This document shows positions 26,078 to 36,352 of a DNA stretch of 64,000 bases, in pieces. The stretch spans positions 135,487 through 199,486 of the forward strand of contig JAEWRI010000022.1 of the NCBI GenBank assembly GCA_023460085.1, written 5' to 3'. The notes beneath the pieces were generated by a model. It was not told the DNA's origin and searched no databases. It worked only from the letters and a program-made list of their open reading frames with translations. Position 1 is the stretch's first letter. Each line of letters starts with the position of its first letter. Position numbers and translations under genes: made by a program. This stretch comes from Bacillota bacterium. Its GTDB lineage: Bacteria > Bacillota > Clostridia > Christensenellales > SZUA-584.

Positions 26078-27423
26078 TTGGCAAACTCCTCCCTCGCCAA
26101 CGCAGGCTGCTCGAACATCGATATCTGACGCGGCCTGCCCGCGTCCATGCACGACAGTGCGGGTTCCATCCTGCCCCGTGCCTGTTCGGAAACCAGCGCT
26201 GCCAGCAGCGCGTCCTGCGCGGTGTCAAAATAATCCGCGCGCTTGCCGGAGCAAGTTAAAAAGTACTGCGCGCGCTTCAGCACCACGCCCAGCTTTTTCA
26301 GCCCGGCATAGTCGAGGCTGCCAGTACGCCGGGCCGCAACGATGCGCTGTGCACTGCGGACACCCACGCCCGGTATGCGCAGCAGCGTCTCGTAGGGCGC
26401 GCGGTTGACATCCACCGGAAAAAGCTCCGGATGGCGCAACGCCCAGTTGCACTTCGGGTCCAGATACGGGTTGAAGTTGGGATTCTTTTCGTCCAGCAGC
26501 TCTGACGCGGAAAAGCCGTAAAAGCGCAGCAGCCAGTCCGCCTGGTACAGCCGATGCTCCCGAAGCAGGGGCGGCTTGGTATCCAGCGAAGGCAGCAGCG
26601 AGCTCTCCACCGTGGGAACATACGCGGAAAAGAAAACACGTTTAAGCCGATAATTCTGGTACAGCCCCTCCGTCAGGCCCAATATCTTCATATCGCTTTC
26701 ACCCGACGCGCCGACGATCATCTGCGTGCTCTGCCCCGCCGGAGCAAAGCGCGGCGCTTTGCGGCACAGCGCGCGCTCTTGTTTGCTCTGCGAAATACCA
26801 TCGCGAATCTGCCCCATCGGCCCGAGTATGGTCTTGCGCGTTTTCTCCGGTGCAAGCAGCTGCAGGCTGGCTGAGGAGGGCAGCTCAATATTGACGCTGA
26901 GCCGATCGGCCAACAGCCCTAACTGCGCCAGCAGTACCTTGTCCGCGCCGGGAATGGCCTTTGCGTGAATATAGCCGCCAAAACGGTATTCCTCCCGCAG
27001 CAGCCGCAGCGTGGCTATCATGCGCTCCACGGTAAAGTCCGGGCTGACGATGACGGAGGAACTCAGAAACAATCCTTCAATGTAGTTGCGCCGGTAGAAG
27101 GCGATGGTCAGCTCCGCAAGCTCGCGCGGCTCGAATACGGCGCGGGGCATATCGCTCGTTCTCCGGTTCACGCAATAAGCGCAATCGAAAACGCAGACGT
27201 TGGTCATCAGCACCTTCAGCAGCGAAATGCACCGACCGTCGGCGGCAAAGCTGTGACAGATGCCGCAAGCCGCCGCGCTGCCGATACCGCCCGGATCCGA
27301 CTTTCGCCGCACTCCGCTGGACGTGCACGCCACATCGTACTTGGCCGCGTCGGAGAGAATTTTCAGCTTTTCAAACAGATCCAATCCGCTCACACTCCCT
27401 GACTCCATCATACAATAGAACAC
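26056..27423 (-). CDS. Putative DNA modification/repair radical SAM protein
   Basis: LSDAAKYDVACTSSG N-terminus, CxxxCxxC (CVFDCAYCVNR) and a C-terminal HhH-like LLRIPGVGVRSAQRIV. Confidence 0.8.
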   Translation of the reverse strand: MFYCMMESGSVSGLDLFEKLKILSDAAKYDVACTSSGVRRKSDPGGIGSAAACGICHSFAADGRCISLLKVLMTNVCVFDCAYCVNRRTSDMPRAVFEPRELAELTIAFYRRNYIEGLFLSSSVIVSPDFTVERMIATLRLLREEYRFGGYIHAKAIPGADKVLLAQLGLLADRLSVNIELPSSASLQLLAPEKTRKTILGPMGQIRDGISQSKQERALCRKAPRFAPAGQSTQMIVGASGESDMKILGLTEGLYQNYRLKRVFFSAYVPTVESSLLPSLDTKPPLLREHRLYQADWLLRFYGFSASELLDEKNPNFNPYLDPKCNWALRHPELFPVDVNRAPYETLLRIPGVGVRSAQRIVAARRTGSLDYAGLKKLGVVLKRAQYFLTCSGKRADYFDTAQDALLAALVSEQARGRMEPALSCMDAGRPRQISMFEQPALAREEFAKCLSGEM

Positions 27424-27536
27424 GTGTTCTGTAAATAGTATGTTCGGATATCTCCAGTATTATATTCCGCCCGTATAACGAAAAAACGGACAGCAGATTT
27501 CTCCGCCGCCCGTTACCCAAGGCCAGATGCAGCGTG

Positions 27537-28352
27537 CTATCCCTTAATCCAGCGAATCAGCTCCGTATTAAATTTCTCCCGTTCGTCAATAAACAGGAAA
27601 TGGCCGCTGTCCTCGAACGGCACCAGCCGGGCGTTGGGTATACTATCCCGCTGGGCAATGGCAAGCGGGAAAAGGCACACCCGGTCGTGCCTTCCGTGCA
27701 GTATCAGCGTAGGCACCGTAATTTTGCGAAGGTCGCCGAAAAGCCCTTCCTCATCCAGCCACGTGTTGGCAACCGCCGCCGTAGACCATCCCGCAGCCTG
27801 CAAACCCAGCCAGAATATCCAGTCCGACAGCGGTTCCGACACCGGCTTGTAAAATATCATATCTCCGAAACCACGAAGCATCGTCGGGCGGTCTTCGAGC
27901 GTACCCTGAATGATGTCGGTGACCGCCTTGCGCGGGAGGCCATGCGGAAAATACGGGCGCTGAATCAGGCTGGGCGCCGCCGCCGCAAACAACCCCAGCC
28001 TGGTGACGCCGTACCCCGCATGCCTCGCCATGTACCGCACGCAGATTGCGCCGCCCGTGGAATGCCCTCCCAACGCCACGTCGTGAAGCTTCATCACATC
28101 GATCACGGCCCGTAAATCATCTGCCAGCCGGTTGTAATCGTATCCGCTCCAGGGCTTGTCGGATTGCCCGAAGCCGCGATAGTCAATGGCGACGCACCGT
28201 ATCCCCTGCTTTGGCAGCACATCCAGCTGATACTCAAAAAGGTTATGGTTGCCCGGCCAGCCATGCACCAGCAAAACCGTAGGGCTTCCCTCGGGATTCA
28301 GATCCTCCACGTATATTTTGACCTTCGGTTCCACGAACACATAAACACCCAT
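27537..28352 (-). CDS. Alpha/beta-fold hydrolase (non-haem haloperoxidase/esterase-like)
   Basis: LLVHGWPGNH oxyanion region and nucleophile elbow GGHSTGG. ATG 28352 follows an AAGGAGGA SD. Confidence 0.8.
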   Translation of the reverse strand: MGVYVFVEPKVKIYVEDLNPEGSPTVLLVHGWPGNHNLFEYQLDVLPKQGIRCVAIDYRGFGQSDKPWSGYDYNRLADDLRAVIDVMKLHDVALGGHSTGGAICVRYMARHAGYGVTRLGLFAAAAPSLIQRPYFPHGLPRKAVTDIIQGTLEDRPTMLRGFGDMIFYKPVSEPLSDWIFWLGLQAAGWSTAAVANTWLDEEGLFGDLRKITVPTLILHGRHDRVCLFPLAIAQRDSIPNARLVPFEDSGHFLFIDEREKFNTELIRWIKG

Positions 28353-28823
28353 CGGACATCCTCCTTTACCTCTCTGTTTCCAGCGTATTCTGGAATAATG
28401 TCCGCTATGATTTTTTCTGACATTCATACCCCGTTTCGTATGGTTATTTTCAGTACCCATTTTAATCACACTTCGATATAATGCTGCAGCAATGCTGTGC
28501 CTGCCATGTAATCCGCTCTCATCAATTTCCCGAGTTTATATTCATTATCAGCAAAGTATGAATAAGGTTATTGGATTCTACACGAAATTACGGTATACTG
28601 TTGTTGCTGCTTCAAGCGGGCAGCGCGGCATCTGTGGATGCCGTAAAAAAACGTGTGCGTCTACTCCACAACATAGGCGTACATTGTATAAAGAAGGAGG
28701 TTGTGATTTTCCGCTATTGCTTGCGGTGTCGCAGTGTGGAGACCTGCGATGAATGCTTCCGGCATCTTTTTCAGCCGGAAGTGAGAATCGGGAGAGGAGT
28801 CGAACGATTCAAAGCAAAGAGGT

Positions 28824-29948
28824 ATGGCAAAGATTTTGCTCAAAAACATCAGGAAGGTCTACGCGAAGGATGTGGTCGCGGTCGACGATTTCAATCTGGA
28901 AATCGAAGACAAAGAGTTTGTGGTGCTCGTCGGCCCGTCGGGCTGCGGCAAGTCCACCACGCTGCGCATGGTAGCGGGGTTGGAGGAGATTACCGAGGGT
29001 GAGCTCTACATCGGCGACAGACTGGTCAACGAGGTGCCGCCCAAGGATCGCGACATCGCGATGGTATTCCAGAACTACGCCCTGTACCCCCACATGTCGG
29101 TGTTCGACAACATGGCGTTCTCCCTGCAGCTTCGCAAAGTCAAAAAAGAAATCATCAAGCAAAAGGTACATGAGGCTGCGGAGATACTCAGCATTACGGA
29201 TTTGCTGGAGAGAAAGCCCAAGGCCTTGTCCGGCGGCCAGCGCCAGCGCGTCGCCATCGGCCGCGCCATCGTGCGCGAACCGAAGGTATTTCTGATGGAC
29301 GAACCGCTTTCCAACCTCGACGCCAAACTGAGAAACCAGATGCGCGCGGAGATCATCAAGCTTCGTCAGCGCATCGATACCACCTTCATCTATGTCACCC
29401 ACGACCAGACCGAAGCCATGACGCTGGGCGACCGCATTGTCATTATGAAGGATGGATATATTCAGCAGATAGGCACGCCCGAGCAGGTTTTCAACCATCC
29501 CAGCAACCTGTTTGTGGCAGGCTTCATCGGCACCCCGCAGATGAACTTCTTCCCTGCGGAGCTCATTAAAGATGCGGGCAGCTATCATGTCCGTGTTTCC
29601 GGCACGAATGTAGAGCTTCCGGAGGAAATGCAGCAGCAGCTCAAAGCCTCGGGCAAAGACGGCGGAGAAATCACGCTGGGCATCAGGCCGGAGCATATCA
29701 CCGTGGTAAACACCGGCACGCCGAATTCCATCAGTGTCAAGGTAGACGTTTCCGAAATGATGGGCAGCGAGGTTTACATCCACGTGAGCGATCAGGGCAA
29801 CGACGTTATCATCCGGATCCCCACCTCTTCCCTTCCGGAGGAGACGGGTGGCCACATCCGTAATGGCCTGGATTTGTCCATTATGATGCCCGGCAAGCTG
29901 GTTCACCTGTTCGACAAGGAAAGCGGACTCAATCTGCTGAACGATTGA
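28824..29948 (+). CDS. Sugar ABC transporter ATP-binding protein (MsmK/UgpC/MalK-like)
   Basis: Walker A GPSGCGKST, signature LSGGQRQR, Walker B FLMDEP and a C-terminal TOBE-like regulatory domain. Confidence 0.9.
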   Translation: MAKILLKNIRKVYAKDVVAVDDFNLEIEDKEFVVLVGPSGCGKSTTLRMVAGLEEITEGELYIGDRLVNEVPPKDRDIAMVFQNYALYPHMSVFDNMAFSLQLRKVKKEIIKQKVHEAAEILSITDLLERKPKALSGGQRQRVAIGRAIVREPKVFLMDEPLSNLDAKLRNQMRAEIIKLRQRIDTTFIYVTHDQTEAMTLGDRIVIMKDGYIQQIGTPEQVFNHPSNLFVAGFIGTPQMNFFPAELIKDAGSYHVRVSGTNVELPEEMQQQLKASGKDGGEITLGIRPEHITVVNTGTPNSISVKVDVSEMMGSEVYIHVSDQGNDVIIRIPTSSLPEETGGHIRNGLDLSIMMPGKLVHLFDKESGLNLLND

Positions 29949-30112
29949 ACCCCCGTATCCTGAAGCAATTTGCATTGACTTGCCCGCTGCGTGTTGTATG
30001 CGGGCAAGTCTTATGTTACAAGGCCGCCGGAACGCATTCTATTTCGCCGAATCACTGCCGTGTTCCGGAAAGCAGCGGCATCGTTTACAGCGGACAATTA
30101 CGGAGGAACTTC

Positions 30113-31426
30113 ATGAAACATCCCATATTGCAGATGATAGAGACTCGAAAGAACGGCCATCCCGTCGGAATCTATTCCGCATGCACCGCTTCAGAGCAGG
30201 TGCTGGCCGCAGTGATGGCTGCGAGCAAAAACTACGGCATCCCCGCGTTGGTGGAGGCCACGGCGAATCAGTGTAATCAGTTTGGCGGCTACACCGGCAT
30301 GACGCCCGCCGACTATGTTCGTTTCATCCACGGCATCTCGGAAAAGGCGGGATGCGATCCTTCTCTGCTCATCCTTGGCGGCGATCACCTGGGCCCGCTG
30401 ACATGGACAGGCGACGCGGAAGGCGTCGCGATGGACAAGGCCTGCGAGCTGGTACGACAGTACGTTGCGGCAGGCTTTACGAAAATCCACTTGGATACCA
30501 GCATGCGCCTCGCGGACGACGATAAAACCAAGCGTCTTCCGGACAAGGTCATCGCCGCCCGCGCCGCAAAACTGGCGCTGGTTTGCGAGCGCGAAGCTGA
30601 AAAGAACCACAATTATCCTGTCTATGTCATCGGCAGCGAGGTGCCGATTCCTGGCGGCGCACAGGAAGAGGAAGACGGCGTAGCCGTCACCACCCCGGCC
30701 GATTTTGAGGCGACCTTCGACGCGTTCCGTGCGGCCTTCCACACTGCCGGCCTGGATGACGCATTCTCCCGCGTTACGGGCGTCGTCGTGCAGCCCGGCG
30801 TTGAGTTCGGCGACGACGTGGTGCTGGAATATGATCGCCCGGCGGCAAAGGCGCTTACCGGCACGCTGTCCAAACCCCGGTACTCCGGGATCGTCTTCGA
30901 GGGACACTCGACCGACTATCAGCCCCCGCAAAAGCTTCGGGAGATGGTGGAAGACGGTATTGCGATACTCAAGGTCGGCCCGGCGCTGACGTTCTATTTT
31001 CGCGAGGCCGTATTCGCGCTGGCGGATATCGAACAGGAGCTGAACCTCCCGGATTCGTCAAACTTTAAATCGGTGCTTGAAAATCTGATGCTGGCGGAGC
31101 CGAAGGACTGGGCAAAGTACTACCGCGGAAAAGAAGCCGAGCTGAAATTCAAACGGCAGTACAGCCTGTCTGACAGAAGCCGGTATTACTTCCCCCATCC
31201 GGATATAAAGGCGGCGCTCGCAAAGCTGTACCGCAACATCGATTCGGCGCGCGTACCGGTGTCATTGCTTTCGCAGTATCTCCCGTCCGCATACGCCCGT
31301 CTCCGAAACAACGGGCTGAAAGCGCCTTACAGCGCCTCGGACCTCGCCTGCGCCCGCATTACGGACTGCATAGACGACTATCTGTACGCAACCGGATACA
31401 AGGCTCACGCCGAATATACTCTGTAG
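30113..31426 (+). CDS. GatZ/KbaZ-family protein (tagatose-bisphosphate aldolase non-catalytic subunit / sugar-phosphate epimerase-like)
   Basis: MKHPILQMIETRKNGHPVGIYSACTASEQVLAAVM...ALVEATANQCNQFGGYTGMTPADY is typical of the family. ATG 30113 follows a GGAGGA SD. Confidence 0.8.
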   Translation: MKHPILQMIETRKNGHPVGIYSACTASEQVLAAVMAASKNYGIPALVEATANQCNQFGGYTGMTPADYVRFIHGISEKAGCDPSLLILGGDHLGPLTWTGDAEGVAMDKACELVRQYVAAGFTKIHLDTSMRLADDDKTKRLPDKVIAARAAKLALVCEREAEKNHNYPVYVIGSEVPIPGGAQEEEDGVAVTTPADFEATFDAFRAAFHTAGLDDAFSRVTGVVVQPGVEFGDDVVLEYDRPAAKALTGTLSKPRYSGIVFEGHSTDYQPPQKLREMVEDGIAILKVGPALTFYFREAVFALADIEQELNLPDSSNFKSVLENLMLAEPKDWAKYYRGKEAELKFKRQYSLSDRSRYYFPHPDIKAALAKLYRNIDSARVPVSLLSQYLPSAYARLRNNGLKAPYSASDLACARITDCIDDYLYATGYKAHAEYTL

Positions 31427-31720
31427 CTTCATCTGTCTTGCCGGGCCGGGTTTGCCATTGCGCAACACCTGGCCTTTTATTATAGGCCGCAGCTTCCGTC
31501 GGCATTATGTTGAGCTGGTTAATTGAGCTCATATATCATTGATGGCTGCTATTCGGCGTAAGATCATACCGGGCGTAAATTTATGCTTCTCACTCGTTAT
31601 TCATGCTTTGTTCATGTTATCTGTATAGAAAAATCAACACTTTTGTGTATGAATATCGGAAAATGAAGATTGAGCGGGCACCACTTCGGGTATATGCTAA
31701 CGGTAAAAGGAGGTATGACC

Positions 31721-33040
31721 ATGAAGAAAAAATTGTTGGCTATTGTGCTCGCGGGTATTCTTTTGTTGTCGTTCCCAATGATGTTCTCTGCTTGCGGCAG
31801 CAAGGAAGACGCCCAAAGCAGCGGCAGTTCTTCGGTTGAAAAGACCGGAGAGAAGATCACTGTCATTCTGCCCAAGCATGAGATGGATACCGTAGGTTTT
31901 CATGAGGAGATGACACGCAAGTTCGAACAGGAAACCGGCATTGAGGTGGAGCTCATCAACGAGAGCTGGGAAAACGTTGCCGACAGCATCATGACCGACC
32001 TGACATCGGGCGGCGGAACCTATGATGTGATTGAGTTTGACAACGCGTGGGTTCAGAAGTTCTATGAGAACGACTGGCTGGAACCGCTCAACAGCTACGC
32101 CTCGGACGAAATCATGAACGGCATGCTGCCCGGTCTCATCGACAAGTTCTCTGTGGACGGCAACCTTTACGGTATCGCCTGGAACAATGATACGCGTTTC
32201 TTCATGTACAACGCGCAGATGCTTACGGATGCCGGTTACGACGCTCCCCCGGAAACCTGGACCGAACTCGTGGAGATGTCCAAGACGATGCAGGCGAATG
32301 GCTTACCGTATGGCTTCATCGACTCGTACATGAACCAGCAGACCGGAAGCAACGAGATCACATACCTGGTTTACTCCTTCGGCGGACAGCTCTTTGACGA
32401 AGAGGGCAACCCGGTGATGGCAAGCGATCCCAAAACGAAGGCGGCCTTCGAATTCCTCGTGAACGCGATGAATACCGACAAAGTGGCGGATCCGGCTTCT
32501 CTGACAGCGGACTACGAGACGGTTGCCAACGTATTCTGCACCGGCGGTTCGGCATTCATACTTCAGGCCTGGCCGGGCGTTTACTCGCTGGCGAACGACC
32601 CCGAATCCTCCTCCATCGTGGATCAGATTGCGGTCGCAAATTCGGCTATCCACGCGGACGGTGAGGATCAGGTGGTTCTGACGCTGCCCGAAGCTATGGC
32701 AATACCGAAAACCTCTCAGCACAAGGATGCTGCATGGCAGTACATCCAGTACATGTCCAGCAAGGAATTTGACAAGCAGAGAGCCATGACCATCGGCGCG
32801 CTGCCCATCTGGACGGACTTGTTCTCCGATGAGGAACTGCTTGCGAAGTATCCTTACTGGGCTAATTTCGCGGGCCAGATCGCATCCTCTACCGGTCTGC
32901 CGAACCTGACCTGGTACGACGAGTACTCCAACGTATTGATGACAGAGACGCAGAAGATGCTTCTGGGACAAATCTCCGTGGATGAAGGACTCCAGAATAT
33001 TCAGAATCAATGCCTTGAACTGAAGGAAGAGAATTCCTAA
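31721..33040 (+). CDS. Sugar ABC transporter substrate-binding lipoprotein (SBP family 1)
   Basis: Signal peptide with lipobox MKKKLLAIVLAGILLLSFPMMFSAC. ATG 31721 follows an AAAGGAGG SD. Confidence 0.85.
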   Translation: MKKKLLAIVLAGILLLSFPMMFSACGSKEDAQSSGSSSVEKTGEKITVILPKHEMDTVGFHEEMTRKFEQETGIEVELINESWENVADSIMTDLTSGGGTYDVIEFDNAWVQKFYENDWLEPLNSYASDEIMNGMLPGLIDKFSVDGNLYGIAWNNDTRFFMYNAQMLTDAGYDAPPETWTELVEMSKTMQANGLPYGFIDSYMNQQTGSNEITYLVYSFGGQLFDEEGNPVMASDPKTKAAFEFLVNAMNTDKVADPASLTADYETVANVFCTGGSAFILQAWPGVYSLANDPESSSIVDQIAVANSAIHADGEDQVVLTLPEAMAIPKTSQHKDAAWQYIQYMSSKEFDKQRAMTIGALPIWTDLFSDEELLAKYPYWANFAGQIASSTGLPNLTWYDEYSNVLMTETQKMLLGQISVDEGLQNIQNQCLELKEENS

Positions 33041-33056
33041 AAATCATCTTTGCAGA

Positions 33057-33089
33057 ACACAGGCGGGCGGCAATACTGCCCGCCTGTGT
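33057..33089 (+). promoter_or_regulatory. Intercistronic 12-bp perfect stem-loop after the SBP gene
   Basis: acacaggcgggc(33057-33068)/gcccgcctgtgt(33078-33089) with a 9-nt loop and no strong T-run. This is a typical SBP-mRNA stabiliser/partial terminator position. Confidence 0.5.
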
Positions 33090-33112
33090 ATTATCCTCAG
33101 GGGGAGTACACA

Positions 33113-34111
33113 ATGGCAGACAGAAAACGAAGAACGCCTTCAAGGCCCAAGGACATCAAGATTGGCGGGAGCTGGCTGGATCACCACTTTCCGCAGGCGC
33201 TGTCAGCGCCCAGCCTCATCGTCATACTGGGCGTAATGGCCGTCCCGATAATCTATTCTCTGATACTCAGTTTTTCCAAACTCAATCTTTCCGACCAAAG
33301 CATGACCTTTGTCGGTATCGACAACTATGCTGATCTCTTTACAGACAGCCGATTCCTTTCCTCTATGGGGATCACGCTGGCGTTCACCGTCATTACGGTA
33401 TTTCTTGAAATCGCGCTCGGCATCGCCATTGCGCTTGTATTAAACAAGGAATTTAAAGGGCGCGGATTTGTGCGCGGCCTTATGATACTGCCCTGGGCCC
33501 TGCCCGGTGTCGTCAACGCCATCATGTGGAAGTGGATATTCAACGCCAATTACGGACCTCTCAACGCATTCCTGACACAGACCGGCATTACGGACAATTA
33601 CCAGCTCTGGCTGGGGCAGCCGGTATCCGCGTTCTTCTGCGTGGTATTCGCGGATCTCTGGAAGGAGACGCCTTACGTTGTTCTGCTGACGATAGCGGCG
33701 CTAGCGACCATCTCAAAGGATCTGTACGAAGCCTCCTCCATTGACGGCGCGGGCGGCTGGAGATCCTTCTGGAAAATAACGCTTCCTCAAATCAAATCTG
33801 TCGTGATTGTGCTGGTCATTACCAAGGTGATTTGGGCGTTGCAGACCTATGACCTTATCTATATCATGACAGCGGGCGGGCCCGTCAACGCGACGGAATT
33901 CATCACGCTGCTCATCCAGCGAACGGCCATCAAATATAATGATTTCGGTTCCGCGTCATCGATGAGTTATATACTCTCTGTCGTATGCTTTATTCTCACG
34001 TACATCTACATCAAATTCTTTATGGGAGATGATCAAGCCGCCATCGACAGGACGCGCAAGAAAAGAAAACCGTCATTATCCGAGCGCAGAAAGAGGAGGG
34101 CCGTCATATGA
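33113..34111 (+). CDS. Sugar ABC transporter permease (MalF/UgpA-like)
   Basis: Six-TM BPD_transp_1 protein with EAA-like loop (ASSIDGAGGWRSFWKITLPQ). Confidence 0.85.
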   Translation: MADRKRRTPSRPKDIKIGGSWLDHHFPQALSAPSLIVILGVMAVPIIYSLILSFSKLNLSDQSMTFVGIDNYADLFTDSRFLSSMGITLAFTVITVFLEIALGIAIALVLNKEFKGRGFVRGLMILPWALPGVVNAIMWKWIFNANYGPLNAFLTQTGITDNYQLWLGQPVSAFFCVVFADLWKETPYVVLLTIAALATISKDLYEASSIDGAGGWRSFWKITLPQIKSVVIVLVITKVIWALQTYDLIYIMTAGGPVNATEFITLLIQRTAIKYNDFGSASSMSYILSVVCFILTYIYIKFFMGDDQAAIDRTRKKRKPSLSERRKRRAVI

Positions 34112-34974
34112 AAATCCGGACGAAGAAAAAAATCGGAAGGACCATACTGTACGCGCTTGTACTCATTATTGTGGTTTGGACTATAGCGCCATTTGCGTGG
34201 CTGATCATTGCGAGCATTTCCAACAAAAAAGATCTGATTACACGGCCGCTGAAGTGGTTTCCGGATCAGCCAACGCTGGAAAACTACAAAGCGATGCTTT
34301 TCGGGACGTCCGGCAATACCACGGACGCCGCGTCCCAATTTATGCACGCCATGCTGAACAGTCTGATTGTAGCGGCAATCGTCACCGCAGTTTCCCTGAT
34401 TGTCGGTTTGCTGGCCGCATATGCCTATTCGCGTTTCCGTTTCCGCGGGAAAAATACGCTGATGAACCTCACGATGTTTACGAGGATGATCCCCGCGGTT
34501 GCGCTCATCATCCCCATTTACATCATACTCATACGAACTGATTTGATTGATACGCTGACCGGGCTCATCATCGCATACCTCTCCTTTGTTATGCCTTACA
34601 TCGTATGGATTATGAAGGGATATATCGACGGCATACCGGTGGAACTGGAGGAATCGGCGATGATAGACGGCTGCAGCAGACTCAAAGCGTTCGTACGCAT
34701 CATCCTTCCCGTAGCAGCCACGGGACTTGCGGCGACCGTCATCTTCGCGTTCATACTTTCCTGGAACGAATTCTTCTACGCGGTAAACTTTACACAAACG
34801 TTGGATTCCAAAACGCTTCCGGTGCTTCTGACGGAGTTCTCCAGCAAGTTCGGGCCGAACTTTGTGCTGACCAGCACAGCAGGCGTCATCGCCAGCCTGC
34901 CTCCCGTACTGGTTGCGCTCATCTTCCAGAAATACATCATTTCGGGTCTGTCTTCCGGCGCGGTGAAGGGATAG
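34108..34974 (+). CDS. Sugar ABC transporter permease (MalG/UgpE-like)
   Basis: EAA loop ESAMIDGCSRLKAFVRIILP. ATGA overlap with the upstream permease. Confidence 0.9.
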   Translation: MKIRTKKKIGRTILYALVLIIVVWTIAPFAWLIIASISNKKDLITRPLKWFPDQPTLENYKAMLFGTSGNTTDAASQFMHAMLNSLIVAAIVTAVSLIVGLLAAYAYSRFRFRGKNTLMNLTMFTRMIPAVALIIPIYIILIRTDLIDTLTGLIIAYLSFVMPYIVWIMKGYIDGIPVELEESAMIDGCSRLKAFVRIILPVAATGLAATVIFAFILSWNEFFYAVNFTQTLDSKTLPVLLTEFSSKFGPNFVLTSTAGVIASLPPVLVALIFQKYIISGLSSGAVKG

Positions 34975-35070
34975 CCCGAATTAACCACCGCCCCACATCA
35001 TCTTGCCGGCATGGAATCCTTCTGCCGGCAAGACTGCTTGGGTGTAGTCGCCACTGAAAGGAGAACAAGA

Positions 35071-35376
35071 ATGGCTTACAAACTGAAATTTACCCAGATT
35101 TTCAACAAAGCAGATCAGGAAGCCTTTCTGGCAATTGAGAAAAAATTCATTGAACTGGAGCATACCGATCCAACCCTGGTAAAGGGCAAGCGATATGTAC
35201 CGGTATTTGGCAGAGAAGCGACCAATACGCTGATATGGGAAGCCGACTTCCCTGCTCTGGAAGACGCGGTAGCGATGCTGAAAAAGCTTGAACAAAGCGC
35301 TGGACACGACGCGCTGCTGGAGGAACAGATTGGATACATGAAGGATTACTACATGGAAATCCTGAAAGAACTTTGA
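35071..35376 (+). CDS. Hypothetical 101-aa protein immediately upstream of the GRE activase
   Basis: ATG 35071 follows a GAAAGGAGAA SD. No family recognised. Confidence 0.5.
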   Translation: MAYKLKFTQIFNKADQEAFLAIEKKFIELEHTDPTLVKGKRYVPVFGREATNTLIWEADFPALEDAVAMLKKLEQSAGHDALLEEQIGYMKDYYMEILKEL

Positions 35377-35401
35377 GCCGCGCATACCCGCGGATTGGGA
35401 C

Positions 35402-36256
35402 ATGGAAGTTATGGCATCAGGCGTCATATTCGATATCAAGGAGTTTTCGGTCAACGATGGCCCCGGTGTCCGGCAGACCGTTTTTTTCAAGGGCTGTCCG
35501 CTTCGGTGTGCCTGGTGCCACAACCCGGAAGGACTGGAGCAGGCCCCGCAATTGCTGGTTCGATACACCGAGTGCGTGCACTGCGGCATGTGCAAAAGCG
35601 TATGCACGCACGACCCATGCATCGCCTGCGGAGACTGCGTGTCCGTTTGCCCGTTGAGACTGCGCTCCGTTTGCGGCGAGACACTCTCCTCCCTCGAACT
35701 GGCGGCCCGGCTTGCCAAAGACGCTGAAATTTACGCCGGAATGCAGGGCGGTGTCACCTTCTCCGGCGGAGAGCCTTTGATGCAGCCTTTGTTTCTGTTG
35801 GAAACCCTGAAGCTGCTGCGGGGATATCACCGCGCGGTTGAAACGTGCGGTTACGCATCGGAAGAAATTTTTTCTGAAATCATGGAAGAAGCCGATCTCA
35901 TCATGCTGGACATCAAGCTGGCGGATCCGCTGCTTCACAAGCGGTATACCGGCGTCAGCAACCAAATGATACTGAACAATCTGGAACTGCTGAAAGCCGG
36001 CACAAAGGCATTTATCGTCCGCATCCCGCTTATCCCGGGTGTCAATGATGACCCCGGAAATCTGCGGGCTTGCGCGGCGCTGCTGAAAGGCGCTAAGTCG
36101 CTTCAGCGCGCAGAGCTTCTCCCCTACAACCGGCTTGCGGGTGCCAAATATGCCTTGCTGGGCCGGAAATATGCGCCGGCTTTTAATACGGAGCAATCAG
36201 TCAACGCCGACATCAACATATTCCATAAAAACGGTATAGAAATTATTTTATATTGA
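35402..36256 (+). CDS. Glycyl-radical enzyme activating protein (radical SAM)
   Basis: DGPGVRQTVFFKGCPLRCAWCHNPE (CxxxCxxC) plus a ferredoxin-like Cys cluster CVHCGMCKSVC...CIACGDCVSVCP. Confidence 0.85.
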   Translation: MEVMASGVIFDIKEFSVNDGPGVRQTVFFKGCPLRCAWCHNPEGLEQAPQLLVRYTECVHCGMCKSVCTHDPCIACGDCVSVCPLRLRSVCGETLSSLELAARLAKDAEIYAGMQGGVTFSGGEPLMQPLFLLETLKLLRGYHRAVETCGYASEEIFSEIMEEADLIMLDIKLADPLLHKRYTGVSNQMILNNLELLKAGTKAFIVRIPLIPGVNDDPGNLRACAALLKGAKSLQRAELLPYNRLAGAKYALLGRKYAPAFNTEQSVNADINIFHKNGIEIILY

Positions 36257-36352
36257 CAGTAAAATAATGATATGCCATGCTCGACAGCGTCAGTCATATT
36301 GGTATTCGGTTGGTGAAACGTTTTTTTTGCGTTTCCCGGAAAGCAGGCAGCA

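Noticed and set aside
28809-29975. 388-aa minus-strand ORF opposite the MsmK-like ABC ATPase. Likewise 8159..9046, 3251..4057, 24481..25245, 25250..26050, 30191..30931, 32303..33010, 34033..34797, 35417..36196 and 10220..10819.
   Set aside because: Each is antisense to a gene with unambiguous family motifs and has no recognisable domain. They are GC-driven spurious ORFs.
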